Shown: positions 9,337 to 20,287, counted from the stretch's first letter. The stretch is DNA of 64,000 bases from an uncultured Verrucomicrobiae bacterium (GCA_963735805.1 CAVTMK010000002.1:1152001-1216000), one strand, 5' to 3'. Notes: generated from the sequence alone by a model not told the origin. Program-made: numbers and translations.

Positions 9337-10364
9337 ATCCTGATACTGTAGCCGGGGGCGAGGCCTTCGGCCATCGATCGCGGTTGCAGACATCCCTCCT
9401 GCGTTCAGTCTCTCGTTCGTTTTACCTTTCAATACGGCTGTTGCCGGCAAAATTGCGCGAACCGGTTGCGCTCGCATATCTGCTCGCGCGGACAACAGAC
9501 ACCGTTTCCGACACAAGTCGTATTCCCGGCAATGTGCGAATGGAAACTTTGAAAATACTCTCGGCTGGGATCCAGGGCAAAGCTTCGCGAGAAGTGGTTA
9601 TCAATCAGGTAGTCTCGTTCGTCCCGCTACAAGAGAACGCAGCAGAGCGAACGCTCCTCGACTCGTTGCCCGATTGCTTAAAATGGCTCGAACAAATCGA
9701 GGCAGCAGATCGCGAAGACATCCGCGCGTTGCTGGAGAAAATCACGCACGGCCAGATGCTTGATCTTCATCGCTTCGATAATCCGGCAGAAGTGCGCGCT
9801 TTCCAGACAGCTGCCGATCTGGACGAATACACCTATCTGGTTGCGGGCTGTGTAGGCGAATTTTGGACGCGTCTTTGCTTCAGACATCTCCGAGATTTTG
9901 CCACCTTGATCCCTGATGAGATGTTTGCCCTTGGCCGGCGTTACGGAATGGCACTTCAATTGATTAACGTCCTGCGCGACGCCGGGACTGATTTGCGAGC
10001 TGGCCGGTGTTATTTTCCAGAGGACGAACTGAGCGCGATCGGTCTGAGTCCGGCGCAGGTTTTGTCGGAAGCAGATCATTTCCAACCGATCTACCAAAGA
10101 TGGATGGAAAAAGCGCAGGATGGTCTGGAAACCGGAATGCGATACGCGCAAGCGATCCGGAATCGCCGAGTGCGTGCTGCAACGGTTTTACCGGCATTAA
10201 TCGGGGCGCGCACGCTTGTCCTTCTGCATAATGCTGGCCACAACGCGGTGGGTCACAGCGTCAAAGTTCCACGCCATGAAGTGCGCGCGATGATTTTGTC
10301 GTTGGCCATTCATCTCGCATCGCGCAAGCAGATTAATACGATATTCAGTCAGGCGAAAATGTAA
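9333..10364 (+). CDS. Squalene/phytoene synthase family protein
   Basis: SVSRSF, YLLAR..DT..D, YTYLVAGCVG and LQLINVLRD...D motifs; ATGA overlap with upstream gene. Confidence 0.88.
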   Translation: MNPDTVAGGEAFGHRSRLQTSLLRSVSRSFYLSIRLLPAKLREPVALAYLLARTTDTVSDTSRIPGNVRMETLKILSAGIQGKASREVVINQVVSFVPLQENAAERTLLDSLPDCLKWLEQIEAADREDIRALLEKITHGQMLDLHRFDNPAEVRAFQTAADLDEYTYLVAGCVGEFWTRLCFRHLRDFATLIPDEMFALGRRYGMALQLINVLRDAGTDLRAGRCYFPEDELSAIGLSPAQVLSEADHFQPIYQRWMEKAQDGLETGMRYAQAIRNRRVRAATVLPALIGARTLVLLHNAGHNAVGHSVKVPRHEVRAMILSLAIHLASRKQINTIFSQAKM

Positions 10365-10395
10365 CGGCAGACGTGCAGACAGCACACGCAAGGGT

Positions 10396-10465
10396 TGTAG
10401 CCATGGCGCTATGCCGCCGTGTGCCGCCACTGCCTTGCGCGCCTCGACGCAGCGAGGCGACTACA
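10396..10465. repeat. GTAG-type REP-like doublet (copy 1 of family shared with 44750)
   Basis: TGTAGCCATGGCGCTATGCCGCCG...GCGCCTCGACGCAGCGAGGCGACTACA. Confidence 0.7.
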
Positions 10466-10503
10466 GCTAAATCGGCGTGCACCTATCAAGCGCCGCTACT
10501 GAA

Positions 10504-11301
10504 TTACAGAAAATAGTTTCGCTGTTTTTCGCTGATTGGTTTTTCCAGTCGCTCGAGCACTTGCATCATGTCTTCCCAGACTTTCCGCTTCTCAGAGAGC
10601 GACTGGTTCCGCAGAAGGTAGGCAGGATGATAAGTAATCATCAATGGGGTTTCGTTGTATGAATGCCAGCGGCCGCGTAATTCTCGCATCGTTCCTCGTG
10701 CGCCAAGGAGACCCTCGACAGCAACTGCGCCCAGCGCGACCAACACTTTCGGTTGAATAATGTCGATCTGCTCGGCCAGGTAGGGGCGGCACATTTGCAT
10801 TTCTGCCGGCGTCGGTGCGCGGTTTCCGAATGAGCCAGGCGGCATGTCCGGCCGGCATTTGAGGATGTTCGCGATGTAAACCTCCTCCCGCGCGAAGCCC
10901 ATCGCTTTGATAATTTTCGTTAACAACTGTCCGGCGCGGCCGACGAATGGTTCTCCTTGCTGGTCCTCATCCGCGCCAGGCGCTTCGCCGATAAACATGA
11001 TTTCGGCGTCAGGATTACCAACGCCAAAGACGGTTTGAGTGCGCGAGTTGGCGAGATGAGCGCATTTTGTGCAACCGCAAACGCGGTCGCGAACGGACGC
11101 AAGGATTTGCGCTTTGTTAGAGATAGTTTGTTGTCTCTGTCGTTCCGAGGGTGACGAGCGCGCTTCCCGGAAAAACGTGGCTGCAGGATATGCGGATTGC
11201 AATCGTTCCAGCGCGCGTCTCGACGCGCACGGGGCGCGGTCAGTTGTCTCTCGAAGTTTTTCCAGCTCAGCAATAACGAGGTCGAAGGCCGGCTGGATCA
11301 T
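10504..11301 (-). CDS. udg: Uracil-DNA glycosylase family 4
   Basis: CTKC, FIGEAPG, PFVGRAG, NILKCRP and TYHPAY motifs. Confidence 0.92.
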   Translation of the reverse strand: MIQPAFDLVIAELEKLRETTDRAPCASRRALERLQSAYPAATFFREARSSPSERQRQQTISNKAQILASVRDRVCGCTKCAHLANSRTQTVFGVGNPDAEIMFIGEAPGADEDQQGEPFVGRAGQLLTKIIKAMGFAREEVYIANILKCRPDMPPGSFGNRAPTPAEMQMCRPYLAEQIDIIQPKVLVALGAVAVEGLLGARGTMRELRGRWHSYNETPLMITYHPAYLLRNQSLSEKRKVWEDMMQVLERLEKPISEKQRNYFL

Positions 11302-11398
11302 TGCACACGATCATCCGAAATTTTGCGCGCCACTGCAATTTCTTTGTAGAAACCGCAGGAAATGAGTTCCGGAGGCGAGCAGGCTTCCGAGCTTCTCT

Positions 11399-11478
11399 TG
11401 TAGCCGCGCGCTGACCGCGGTGGGTCCGTATTTGGCAGGGCTGTGGGGGAGTGCCCGGGGTCAGCGACCCCGGCTACA
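11399..11478. repeat. GTAG-type REP-like element
   Basis: TGTAGCCG...CCGGGGTCAGCGACCCCGGCTACA terminal inverted repeat with internal hairpin. Confidence 0.6.
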
Positions 11479-11499
11479 ACATGAGATTCACACGCGGCG

Positions 11500-12213
11500 C
11501 TAGGAGTTGCGCGCGCTTAGCCATTGCAAGGCGAAGCGCGCGACTTCACGAGAGTTTTTTAGATCAAGTTTGTCTTTGATGTGCGACCGATGGGTCTCCA
11601 CGGTTTTTGGGCTAAGATGCAATAACTTCGCAATTTCGCGGACATCCTTGCCTTTGCCGATCAATTCCAAAATCTCGAGTTCGCGATCACTGAGCCTCTC
11701 CACCGCGTCGGTCTCGTCTCCGGGTTCGCGATGCGCGAATTTCGTGATGACCTGCGCTGCCATGGCTGGGCTGAGATAGGGACGCCCGTTAAACACTTCG
11801 TGAATTGCGTGGATCACATTGGCCATGGCCTCGTGTTTCATCACATAGCCTTCCGCTCCGGCCCGCAGTGCGCGTAAAGCGTAAAGCGATTCATCATGCA
11901 TTGAGAGCACCAAAACGGGTAACCTCGAAAATTCTGCTCGGATGTTTTTAATAAGCTCAATACCATTAGCGCCCGGCAAACTGAGATCGACAATTGCGAG
12001 GTCTGGGTTCAGCTTTCGGATTACTTCCATCCCTTCGGCGGCGGTGCCAGCTTCGCCACAGATCGCAAAACTGTCGTCAGAATTAATCAATTGCTCGAGG
12101 CCTTTTCGAAATAGCGGGTGATCATCGACGATGACAATTCGTTTTGCCTGCGGCAGGTCGCATTTCGGATTCTGGTTGGTCGATTTGGCGTCTTTCATTT
12201 TAGTCACGACCAT
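11500..12213 (-). CDS. NarL/LuxR-family response regulator
   Basis: IVDDHPLFR and IVDLSLP receiver motifs; LSDRELEIL...LSPKTVETHR HTH; start uncertain. Confidence 0.93.
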   Translation of the reverse strand: MVVTKMKDAKSTNQNPKCDLPQAKRIVIVDDHPLFRKGLEQLINSDDSFAICGEAGTAAEGMEVIRKLNPDLAIVDLSLPGANGIELIKNIRAEFSRLPVLVLSMHDESLYALRALRAGAEGYVMKHEAMANVIHAIHEVFNGRPYLSPAMAAQVITKFAHREPGDETDAVERLSDRELEILELIGKGKDVREIAKLLHLSPKTVETHRSHIKDKLDLKNSREVARFALQWLSARNS

Positions 12214-12334
12214 TCTCCGTTCGGATCGAACTGACTTAAAACGGATTTCCATTTTGTCGGGATTTCTGTGTGGCGTGTCATCTTATGCCCTTAATTACCA
12301 TACGCTGCTCGGCAGGGTGTCCGATGCAGGAAAT

Positions 12335-15300
12335 TTAGATTAGGGTGGTCAAAGATTTCGTGAGTTTCGCCGACAAATGCTCTGGGACACGTTTCTTTCT
12401 CTTATCTGATTCGACTGTTCCGTTGGGCAAATAACAGGCCACACGGGTGCCGCCTTTTTCCGGAGATTCGACTTCCAAGTGTCCTCCCATCAGGCGCGCG
12501 CGATAATTCATGATGTGAAAGCCAAGCCCTCGCGCACCGTTTCCAGCTTTGCGAACTCCGACGCCATCATCGGTTATGCTCAGGACCATTTGCCTTTGCC
12601 CGGATCGCTCTAGTTTGACCACTATCTGCCGCGCTTGGGCATGCTTGTTAGCATTGATCACTGCTTCGCGCGCGATGCGATACAGATGTGCCGCAGCCGT
12701 GTCGTCAGTGAGATGAAATGACGGTTTGACTTCCAAACGACACGGCGTTCTCCACATCTCACGGTCGACCAAATCTTCCAAAGCTTCTACAAGTCCGGCC
12801 GCATCTACATCGAAGCGATGCAGAGCGCGGGAAAGATTTCGGGTATCGGTTGCGGCGTTATTCACCAGCTCCGCGATTTTTTCGATATCTTTCACCTCGA
12901 TGACTCGATGATTTTTTAATCGCAGCCCGATCGATCGGGCCATGAACGCGACTGCCGTGAGATGCTGGCAAATCCCATCATGCAGTTCCTGGGCGAGTCG
13001 TTGTTGTTCGCGATCGCTGACCTCGAGGATTTCACCCTCCAAGCCCTTCCGTCGTTCGATCTCGCCTTTCAATTCGGCGTTTACGACGGTTAACGCTTTC
13101 GTGCGTTGATCTACCAGTTTTTCCAGCGCTTCGTTCGATTGTTGCAGGGCCTCTTCCACTTTCTTGCGGGCCGTGATATCGACGATCACTGCTACGGTTG
13201 ATTGGGCGTTGCCGCTCGGTTCGCGCACTACGTTCGCGCTGACGTCCGCCCACAAAACGGAGCCGTCTTTGCGGACATAACGCTTTTCGAGTTCGAACGA
13301 TTTGCCGACCTGGACCATGCGCTGAAAAAGACGCATGGTTTTTTCCAAGTCGTCGCGGTACGTCACGTCCGCAACACTCCTGCCGATCAGCTCCGATTCT
13401 GTGTAACCTAGCATTTTACAAAGCGTTCGATTGGCAAAGACAATTCGACCATTCGTATCGCAGCGTGCCACGCCCGCCGTCGCTTGCTCCACGGTTGCGC
13501 GCAAGCGCGCTTCCGATTCGCGCAATGCTTCTTCGTCGCGTTTCTGTTCAATCGCTTGGGCAACCTGGGTGGCAATCGTGGTCGCCAATTTCAACTCCTC
13601 CTCAGTAAACACATGTGGCACATCATAATAGGCCATGAATTTGCCGATCAATTTCTGACTGCTGACCAAAGGAATGAATGCGGCCGCGCGAATACCTTCG
13701 CGACGAATGGTTGATTTCAAGCGCTTCGGAATATCGGCAATATCGACATCGTCAATGCAAACGGGCTTGGGATTTTTTGCATCCGGTTTCCATGGCGAAT
13801 GACCTTCCACCGCCTTGCGATATCTCTCTGACAAACCGCGCCAGGCGGCGAAGCGCATCACGTTCTCGTTATTGAAAAGCAAAATCGACGCGCGCTGGCA
13901 TTCCATAGCGGAAAGAATCGCATCCATCGACGCGTCATGAATTTCGCCGACGCTGGTGGCCATGTTTTGCCGTTGAGCAAATTGATATACTGCCCGTTGT
14001 TGTCGCTGTACGTGTTTGCGCGCGGTGATGTCAGTGTTGGTTTCGAGAATTGACGGCGGTCGTCTGCTTACATTCCGGTCCAACCTCCACCGCGAAAAGA
14101 CGGTAACAGCTTTGCCGTCCTTTCGTATATGAACCAATTCACCTGACCACCGATCATCGCGCTCCAATTTTTCTCGAATCTCTTCTAAATTTTCGGGATG
14201 CGCCGTCTGTAGCAGCTCGTGCGTAATTTTTCCGAGCGCTTCTTTGGCCGAGAAACCGTACATTTCCTCCGCGCCGCGGTTCCAATAAATGATCCGGTCT
14301 TGATAATCCCGGACGATGATTGCGTCGTAGGTCAAATTAAGGAGCCGCGCCTGTTCAGCCAGGCGTCGTTCCGTTTGTTTTCGGTTGGTGATATCGCGAG
14401 CGATTTTTGAAACCCCGACAATTTCTCCTTTCGGGCCTTTGATCGGCGAAATCGTCAACGAAACATCGATCAACTGTCCATCCTTCCGGCGACGAACGGT
14501 TTCGTAGTGATCTAATGATTCACCACGACGAATTTTTGTCAGAATCTCCTGTTCTTCACTTTGCCGGTGTTTGGGAATCAGAGTCAGGACCGATTTACCG
14601 ATGATCTCTTTTGGCTTGTATCCAAAGATCCGCTCGGCACTTTGGTTCCAGTCGGTGATGATTCCATTCAAAGTTTTTGCCGCGACCGCGTCGCGGGAGG
14701 ATTGAACTACCGCGGCCAGGCGCATGGCCGCCGCCTCTGCGCGCTTGCGCTCAGTGATGTCAAAAAGGGAATTGATTGCGCCGGTGATTGCGCCGTGAAG
14801 GTTTCTAAGAATTCGCGGAGCCGGGATCACGTGTCTCCGCTCGCCATCCGGACGTTCGATAACAATTTCCAAATCTTCCGCTTTCAGTTTTTCGCCGCGT
14901 AAAGCCCGTGCCATGGGGCACTCTTCGTGCGGCATCGATCGCCCGTCGGGATAATAGATTTTGTGGGAGCCGCAGAATCTCGGCTTTTCTCCATTTTGGC
15001 CGGGTTCGCCTCCCCACAATTCAACGGCGCGACGATTGTATTCTCGGATGACGCCGTTTGCATCGCACGTATAGATCGCGACCGGTACCAGATCGAATAG
15101 GTTGCGGTAGCGCTCTTCTGATCGCTGGATCGTTTCTTCAAAATGTTTACGCTCGGAAAGATCGATGATCGCAGTTTGATAAAGCAGGACGCCATTTCTT
15201 GTTGTAGAGGTGATCGGCGTGCTTAGAAGTTGGGCGGGGATCAGTTCGCGTTTTCTGTTCTTTAACTGCAATTTCGTTTTCACCTGTCGCTGTGACGTGC

Positions 15301-15784
15301 GGCAGGAAAGCAGGTGCTGCATGAACAAATCCAAATCAGCGACATAGAACGCAAAGGGGCGTCCGATGAGCCGATCCCTCGGTTCGCCCAGCAGCTCAGT
15401 CGCCGTGAGATTGGCTTCCTCAATTCGCCCGGTCCGGCCGAAGCTGACATACGCGATCGGCCCGAAATCGTAAAGATCGGCAAATCGCTGAGTGGCGGCT
15501 TCCAGTTCAGTCTTCGGACTTCGGATTGCTCCGTTGCGCGTGGAGCGAATCACGGTCTGTTTCTTAGCAGCATTCTGCTTTGCGGGTTTGAACAAGAATT
15601 TTCGCGGTCCACGGGGCATTTTTCGTATTGTTTTCGAGGAGACCAAAATCGATTTGCGATTGTCCCGAGGGACGGCTGGACTGCTGTGGCGAGTACGCTT
15701 GAGCCGGCGCTTCTTATTTATGCGATGAGACATTTTTTGTCCGGTTCTCTGCTTTGGATGCATCGCTTTTCTTCGTTCCATCAA
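12335..15784 (-). CDS. Multi-PAS/GAF sensor histidine kinase (HisKA_3 type)
   Basis: Five PAS/PAC repeats, a GAF domain, LAQELHDG, EAVINANKHA and DDGVG...GLGF motifs; start uncertain (15784/15763/15733). Confidence 0.92.
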   Translation of the reverse strand: MMERRKAMHPKQRTGQKMSHRINKKRRLKRTRHSSPAVPRDNRKSILVSSKTIRKMPRGPRKFLFKPAKQNAAKKQTVIRSTRNGAIRSPKTELEAATQRFADLYDFGPIAYVSFGRTGRIEEANLTATELLGEPRDRLIGRPFAFYVADLDLFMQHLLSCRTSQRQVKTKLQLKNRKRELIPAQLLSTPITSTTRNGVLLYQTAIIDLSERKHFEETIQRSEERYRNLFDLVPVAIYTCDANGVIREYNRRAVELWGGEPGQNGEKPRFCGSHKIYYPDGRSMPHEECPMARALRGEKLKAEDLEIVIERPDGERRHVIPAPRILRNLHGAITGAINSLFDITERKRAEAAAMRLAAVVQSSRDAVAAKTLNGIITDWNQSAERIFGYKPKEIIGKSVLTLIPKHRQSEEQEILTKIRRGESLDHYETVRRRKDGQLIDVSLTISPIKGPKGEIVGVSKIARDITNRKQTERRLAEQARLLNLTYDAIIVRDYQDRIIYWNRGAEEMYGFSAKEALGKITHELLQTAHPENLEEIREKLERDDRWSGELVHIRKDGKAVTVFSRWRLDRNVSRRPPSILETNTDITARKHVQRQQRAVYQFAQRQNMATSVGEIHDASMDAILSAMECQRASILLFNNENVMRFAAWRGLSERYRKAVEGHSPWKPDAKNPKPVCIDDVDIADIPKRLKSTIRREGIRAAAFIPLVSSQKLIGKFMAYYDVPHVFTEEELKLATTIATQVAQAIEQKRDEEALRESEARLRATVEQATAGVARCDTNGRIVFANRTLCKMLGYTESELIGRSVADVTYRDDLEKTMRLFQRMVQVGKSFELEKRYVRKDGSVLWADVSANVVREPSGNAQSTVAVIVDITARKKVEEALQQSNEALEKLVDQRTKALTVVNAELKGEIERRKGLEGEILEVSDREQQRLAQELHDGICQHLTAVAFMARSIGLRLKNHRVIEVKDIEKIAELVNNAATDTRNLSRALHRFDVDAAGLVEALEDLVDREMWRTPCRLEVKPSFHLTDDTAAAHLYRIAREAVINANKHAQARQIVVKLERSGQRQMVLSITDDGVGVRKAGNGARGLGFHIMNYRARLMGGHLEVESPEKGGTRVACYLPNGTVESDKRKKRVPEHLSAKLTKSLTTLI

Positions 15785-18383
15785 TATCCACCAGAGTGAG
15801 AACGGCGCCGTCGATTTTGTTGTCAGTTGTGCGATACGGCCGGACCCGGAGCGAATACACGCGGCCTTCCTTACCGGTCACTCTCCGCTCGCGCGTGCTA
15901 AGCGTGTCGATTACGTCGCGCAGGATATTTTCCAGGTCGGGAACATCAATGTTCGGCCGCAGCTGTCCTAACGGCCGACCTATGTCGGTCGGCAAAATAT
16001 TAAAGGCTTCGCGGGCCGCCGGGGTTGCGCGTCGCACCGTCAGTGCATTATCCACCATCACGATTGGCATTTGAATGCTGGCGAGCAGATTTTTCAGCTC
16101 ATTGGTCATCTGCATCATCTCAAGATTGCGGTTGCTCAGCTCTTCGTTCAGCGTGGTCAACTCTTCGTTGGTTGACTGTAATTCTTCCTTGGCAGTCTCC
16201 AATTCTTCGTTCGTAGATTGCAGCTCTTCGTTGCTCGACTCGATTTCTTCATTGGCCGCTTTTAACTCTTCATTGGTTGCTTCCTGCTCTTCAATGATTG
16301 CTTGCAACGATACTTTCGAAACGGCCAATTCCCGGCGCAGATCAGACACTTCATATTGTACTGATGTTTTTCCAAGAATGCGTGGCAACCTCTCCCGTTT
16401 GGCTCCCCGTGTGCTCTCGTCAAAAATCACCAGAAGCCAGGATTTGTCAGACCCGGGAACCTTGAATGGTACTGCCTGAATATTGATCTCGTAGTCTTTG
16501 CCTCGGAGCGTAACTTTCGCCCGCTCTGTCCGGGCAGGTTTGTCCGTTTTGATGGCGCGACGAATCGTGGCCCGCAGGTCCGGAACCAGATGCGACCGCG
16601 CTAATTGAAGGAGATTCAACGTCGCTGGCCCGGGCGTGTGCTCGAGAAACAAGTCGGTGCGGCCACGGAACTGTTGCACATGGAGGTCCTGATCAATTAC
16701 GACGGCCGCCGGCGCGTAGGTGCCGAGGATGATACGATCCGCCATTTTCAGAATGTCTGCGTTGAAAGTTGCGCCGGTAACAGCCCGAGCTGTCGGTTCG
16801 AACCGGGACAATTCAAGACCGCCCTGTGGAAGGAAATTAGCGGCGAGGGGACCAGTCCTGGCTTCCTTGGTATAAATTTTATTTTTCTTGTCTACGATTT
16901 TGAAAAGCTCTTCGTACATTCCCACTGATTCGGCCGGCCCCAGGATCAGGTAGCCGCCAGGATTGAGCGCGTAGTGAAACTGGGGGATGCAACGCTTGTG
17001 CAACTCCGGACTTAGATAGATGAGCACGTTGCGGCAGCTGATCAGATCAAGTCGCGAGAATGGCGGATCTGCTGTGATGTTTTGTCGCGCGAACGTGCAG
17101 ATGTCGCGCACGTTGCGGTGGATCTGGTAGGACCCATCGCGCTTGACGAAAAACCGATTGAGTCGCGCCTTCGACACATCTTTCTCAACCGCCCCCGGAT
17201 AAATTCCCGCACGCGCATGCTCGATTACTGATTCGCTCAAGTCGGTACCAAAAATCTGGACACGGATTTTGGAGAGTTGGCTGCCAAGCACTTCGAGAAT
17301 GCAAATGGCGAGGGAATAAACCTCTTCACCAGTGGCGCAACCCGGTACCCAGACACGCAATTCCCGTTGTCGATTTTTCGTCTTGTTTTTGAGCAGCGCC
17401 GGCAGGAAACGTTTTTTCAAGGCTCGGAACAGTGCGTCATCGCGAAAGAAGCGCGTCACGTTGATGAGCAGGTCGCCAAAGAGCGCTTCAATCTCCTTTT
17501 TGTTGTTGCGCAAATATCGCGCGTACTGGCTCAGTTTTTCGAGCCGATGCAGCGCCATCCGCCGGTTCAGTCGCCGAATCAGCGTGGTTTGCTTATAAGC
17601 GCTGAAATCGACACCCATCTGTTTTTTCAGCGAAAGAAAAATCCGACCCAGGTCGTCGGCCTGACGGTAAGCTTCTTTTTCGACTTGCTCTGCATCGGCC
17701 AGTGAACGCCGGATGTATGGATGGTCAGAAACACTGCGGATTTCGCGCGCGATTGCGTCCGGCGGCAGGACAATATCGACGAAACCTGAACGAATGGCGC
17801 TGCGCGGCATTGCATCGAACTTTGCGCTGGCTTCAGTTTGCGCGAAGGTCAAACCGCCGGCCGCCTTGATCGCACGCAAACCGGCTGTTCCGTCGCTGCC
17901 GGTTCCAGAAAGCACGATCCCGATCGCCTGTGATCCGCATTCCTCGGCCAGGGATTCAAAAAAATGATCGATCGCCAGGTTGAGTCGCTGTGTGCGCCGG
18001 ACCAATGTCAGTTTACCATTCTTCGCGATCACGCATTTGTCCGGTGGCTGCACATAAACCTCGTTTGGTTTTGGAACAGTTGTTCCTGTAATCTCGCTGA
18101 CCGGCATCGACGTCGCTTTGCCGAGGAGATTTGGGAGCCGGCTGCCGTGATGCGGATCGAGATGCTGCACAATCACGAAGGCCATACCCGTTCTTGAGGG
18201 CAGATGGCGCAGTAACTCCATCGTCGCTTCAAATCCGCCGGCAGAACCCCCGATGCCTACAATTGGGCAACTTCCATCTTTGCCTTTTCCTGTGACGTAA
18301 GGATCCGCGCCTTGCGATTTTGTGCCGTGCTGGTTTCGCTTTTCGTGCGGCGCAGCGCTTTTGGCTTTTTTGCGCGGAGGCAT
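15714..18383 (-). CDS. CheB/CheR fusion protein with coiled coil and PAS
   Basis: GGSAGG, QHL and GSDG (CheB); VTRFFRD, GCATGEE and CRNVLIY (CheR); NEELQSTNEEL heptads. Confidence 0.93.
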   Translation of the reverse strand: MPPRKKAKSAAPHEKRNQHGTKSQGADPYVTGKGKDGSCPIVGIGGSAGGFEATMELLRHLPSRTGMAFVIVQHLDPHHGSRLPNLLGKATSMPVSEITGTTVPKPNEVYVQPPDKCVIAKNGKLTLVRRTQRLNLAIDHFFESLAEECGSQAIGIVLSGTGSDGTAGLRAIKAAGGLTFAQTEASAKFDAMPRSAIRSGFVDIVLPPDAIAREIRSVSDHPYIRRSLADAEQVEKEAYRQADDLGRIFLSLKKQMGVDFSAYKQTTLIRRLNRRMALHRLEKLSQYARYLRNNKKEIEALFGDLLINVTRFFRDDALFRALKKRFLPALLKNKTKNRQRELRVWVPGCATGEEVYSLAICILEVLGSQLSKIRVQIFGTDLSESVIEHARAGIYPGAVEKDVSKARLNRFFVKRDGSYQIHRNVRDICTFARQNITADPPFSRLDLISCRNVLIYLSPELHKRCIPQFHYALNPGGYLILGPAESVGMYEELFKIVDKKNKIYTKEARTGPLAANFLPQGGLELSRFEPTARAVTGATFNADILKMADRIILGTYAPAAVVIDQDLHVQQFRGRTDLFLEHTPGPATLNLLQLARSHLVPDLRATIRRAIKTDKPARTERAKVTLRGKDYEINIQAVPFKVPGSDKSWLLVIFDESTRGAKRERLPRILGKTSVQYEVSDLRRELAVSKVSLQAIIEEQEATNEELKAANEEIESSNEELQSTNEELETAKEELQSTNEELTTLNEELSNRNLEMMQMTNELKNLLASIQMPIVMVDNALTVRRATPAAREAFNILPTDIGRPLGQLRPNIDVPDLENILRDVIDTLSTRERRVTGKEGRVYSLRVRPYRTTDNKIDGAVLTLVDIDGTKKSDASKAENRTKNVSSHK

Positions 18384-18499
18384 CTGGTCTCGATCAATAA
18401 CCAATAATGGTTCGTTGTTAGGCTAGGATCAAAACACCAATGTTCAAACAATTACTCGGGGGCCGCTCGTTGGTGGACTGCCGCGTTGTGAGCACGTGA

Positions 18500-18751
18500 C
18501 TACCTGAGTCTCGAAAAGCTCGTAGGGTGAATGATCTTGGCTCGGCTACACCGACTAAGGGCGGCTACACGTTCTTCGATGAGATCACGCTTAACTTCCC
18601 AGTATTTCAACGATGAAATGAGGAGGCTGTATGTTGGTTCAAGTTGGCTGGTTTCGTCATCCGAAGCTGGGCTCCGTGATGCCTTGGAACACTTAGTCGA
18701 TTTTTGCAGCCTCTTTTTGGACTTAGATTTTCTCAAGCGTGCCCGCCTCAT
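18500..18751 (-). CDS. Basic hypothetical protein
   Basis: ORF filling the gap; ECF-like promoter motif upstream. Confidence 0.4.
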   Translation of the reverse strand: MRRARLRKSKSKKRLQKSTKCSKASRSPASDDETSQLEPTYSLLISSLKYWEVKRDLIEERVAALSRCSRAKIIHPTSFSRLR

Positions 18752-18885
18752 TCGTCCCACTCTCATCAACAACGATTCTCCCTTCTCGTGAGTCCTTTTC
18801 TATTCAACTTTGGTTCGTCTCACGATGTAACACCGGTCGTGACAGCCTTGTTGCGGTGACTTGTGCGCGATCTTTCGAGAAGGTG

Positions 18886-19209
18886 TCAGGCGACCGCAGA
18901 GGACGTGCTCTGTGTCGTTTGATACTTGCCGATGATCTCGGCGGGCGGGCGTAACCCAGCCAAATATTGCGCGTCGAATGCGCGCAAGGCCGCTGTGACG
19001 CTGGGCCCAATGCCAATAATTCCTTCTTCAACACTTGGACCAAGGAGTGCGACCCAAAGGTCACCGCGGACAATTAATTGAGGCCGACGCACCGCCGCCG
19101 GGCTGCCAGGATGAGCCTGACAATAAAGTTCCATCTGTTCCATTGCCGCCACGGCATAGTCCATGACGCGCCCGCGGGAGGATCGAGCGTCGTTCTTCTT
19201 CATCCGCAT
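18886..19209 (-). CDS. Hypothetical protein
   Basis: Protein-like composition (HPGSPAAVRRP, ALRAFDAQY); ECF-like promoter upstream. Confidence 0.65.
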   Translation of the reverse strand: MRMKKNDARSSRGRVMDYAVAAMEQMELYCQAHPGSPAAVRRPQLIVRGDLWVALLGPSVEEGIIGIGPSVTAALRAFDAQYLAGLRPPAEIIGKYQTTQSTSSAVA

Positions 19210-19352
19210 TTAGAACGCACCCGTATGCGGGAGTGGATGTGTGTTTTTTCCTCTATCGGTAGAAACGCTTCGCAATGTAAGGTTTTCACCGATACGTAAA
19301 TCCACCGTGCCCCTGATTGTGCGACGACTTGCCTTCGGCATATACGTCCTTT

Positions 19353-19727
19353 ATGGCAATGTCTCCTCCCGCTCCACTAACCGATGCAGACAAACTGAAC
19401 GTGCTGCGGACGCTCGATCAGTTCCGCGTGTGGCGTTCTCTGGATGACGAACGTTACTGCCTTGTTTGCGGCAGGATTATTACGGGCCGGCAAATTCAGG
19501 TAGCTGGTACAGGCGAAAACGGACCGCCCGGGCTGAGTTGTCCAACAGAGCAGTGTAACTCAATTCCAATGGATTGGGTGCTGCCTACGGACGAAATTCT
19601 GGCTGCGGCGAATGCTGCAGCGTCTAAAAAAAGCAGTGTTTCTCCGACGGCGGCCGATCACGCGGCAGCACAAGCCCCGACGTCGCAACTGAGCGAATTC
19701 GCGGCGCACTTCGAACAACCGTCCTGA
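19353..19727 (+). CDS. Putative Zn-binding protein (paralog A)
   Basis: W.SLDD.R.CxxC...CPxxxC; aligns with 19874-20200. Confidence 0.7.
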   Translation: MAMSPPAPLTDADKLNVLRTLDQFRVWRSLDDERYCLVCGRIITGRQIQVAGTGENGPPGLSCPTEQCNSIPMDWVLPTDEILAAANAAASKKSSVSPTAADHAAAQAPTSQLSEFAAHFEQPS

Positions 19728-19873
19728 CGCTGTCCTGCGAGTTCGAGCCCGAACGGACTCGCAAAGTTTCATTATCTCCGAGTGCAGAAGGAGGAATAAG
19801 GATTCCCCCGACTACTCAATCATCCAGCGTCCCGATTGTTTGCTCCGGCACAACGATCAGAATCTGTTCAGTT

Positions 19874-20200
19874 ATGATCGCTCACGTCAAACTCGACGAT
19901 CGACTATCGATTCTGCGCGCGGGAGATCGACTCAGGAGATGGAATTCGCTGGATGATCAGCGCATCTGCAGCGTTTGCGAGCGAAAATTTAAAGGTCGAC
20001 AAGTTGAGATCCGACGCTTCCCGGGCGGTAGATATAAACTGTATTGTCCCACTCTTGGATGTCCTTCAGCGGCTCATCAATGGTTTTATCCGCATGCATC
20101 GCTCGTTTCTGAGATGGCCGGGCACTTGTGGCGCGCTGGCAAACACCCGGCAGGCCGTCACATGAAGTCAGCGCCGCAGACACATGGCCACCGAGCGTGA
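19874..20200 (+). CDS. Putative Zn-binding protein (paralog B)
   Basis: WNSLDDQRICSVC...CPTLGC. Confidence 0.7.
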   Translation: MIAHVKLDDRLSILRAGDRLRRWNSLDDQRICSVCERKFKGRQVEIRRFPGGRYKLYCPTLGCPSAAHQWFYPHASLVSEMAGHLWRAGKHPAGRHMKSAPQTHGHRA

Positions 20201-20287
20201 GTGGATGCACTTTTGAGCAATTGAAAACGTTCCTGGCACTCCACGAAGCCCCGGTCTCGTCTTCAATTTTTCGCGAGCCCAGGAAAG

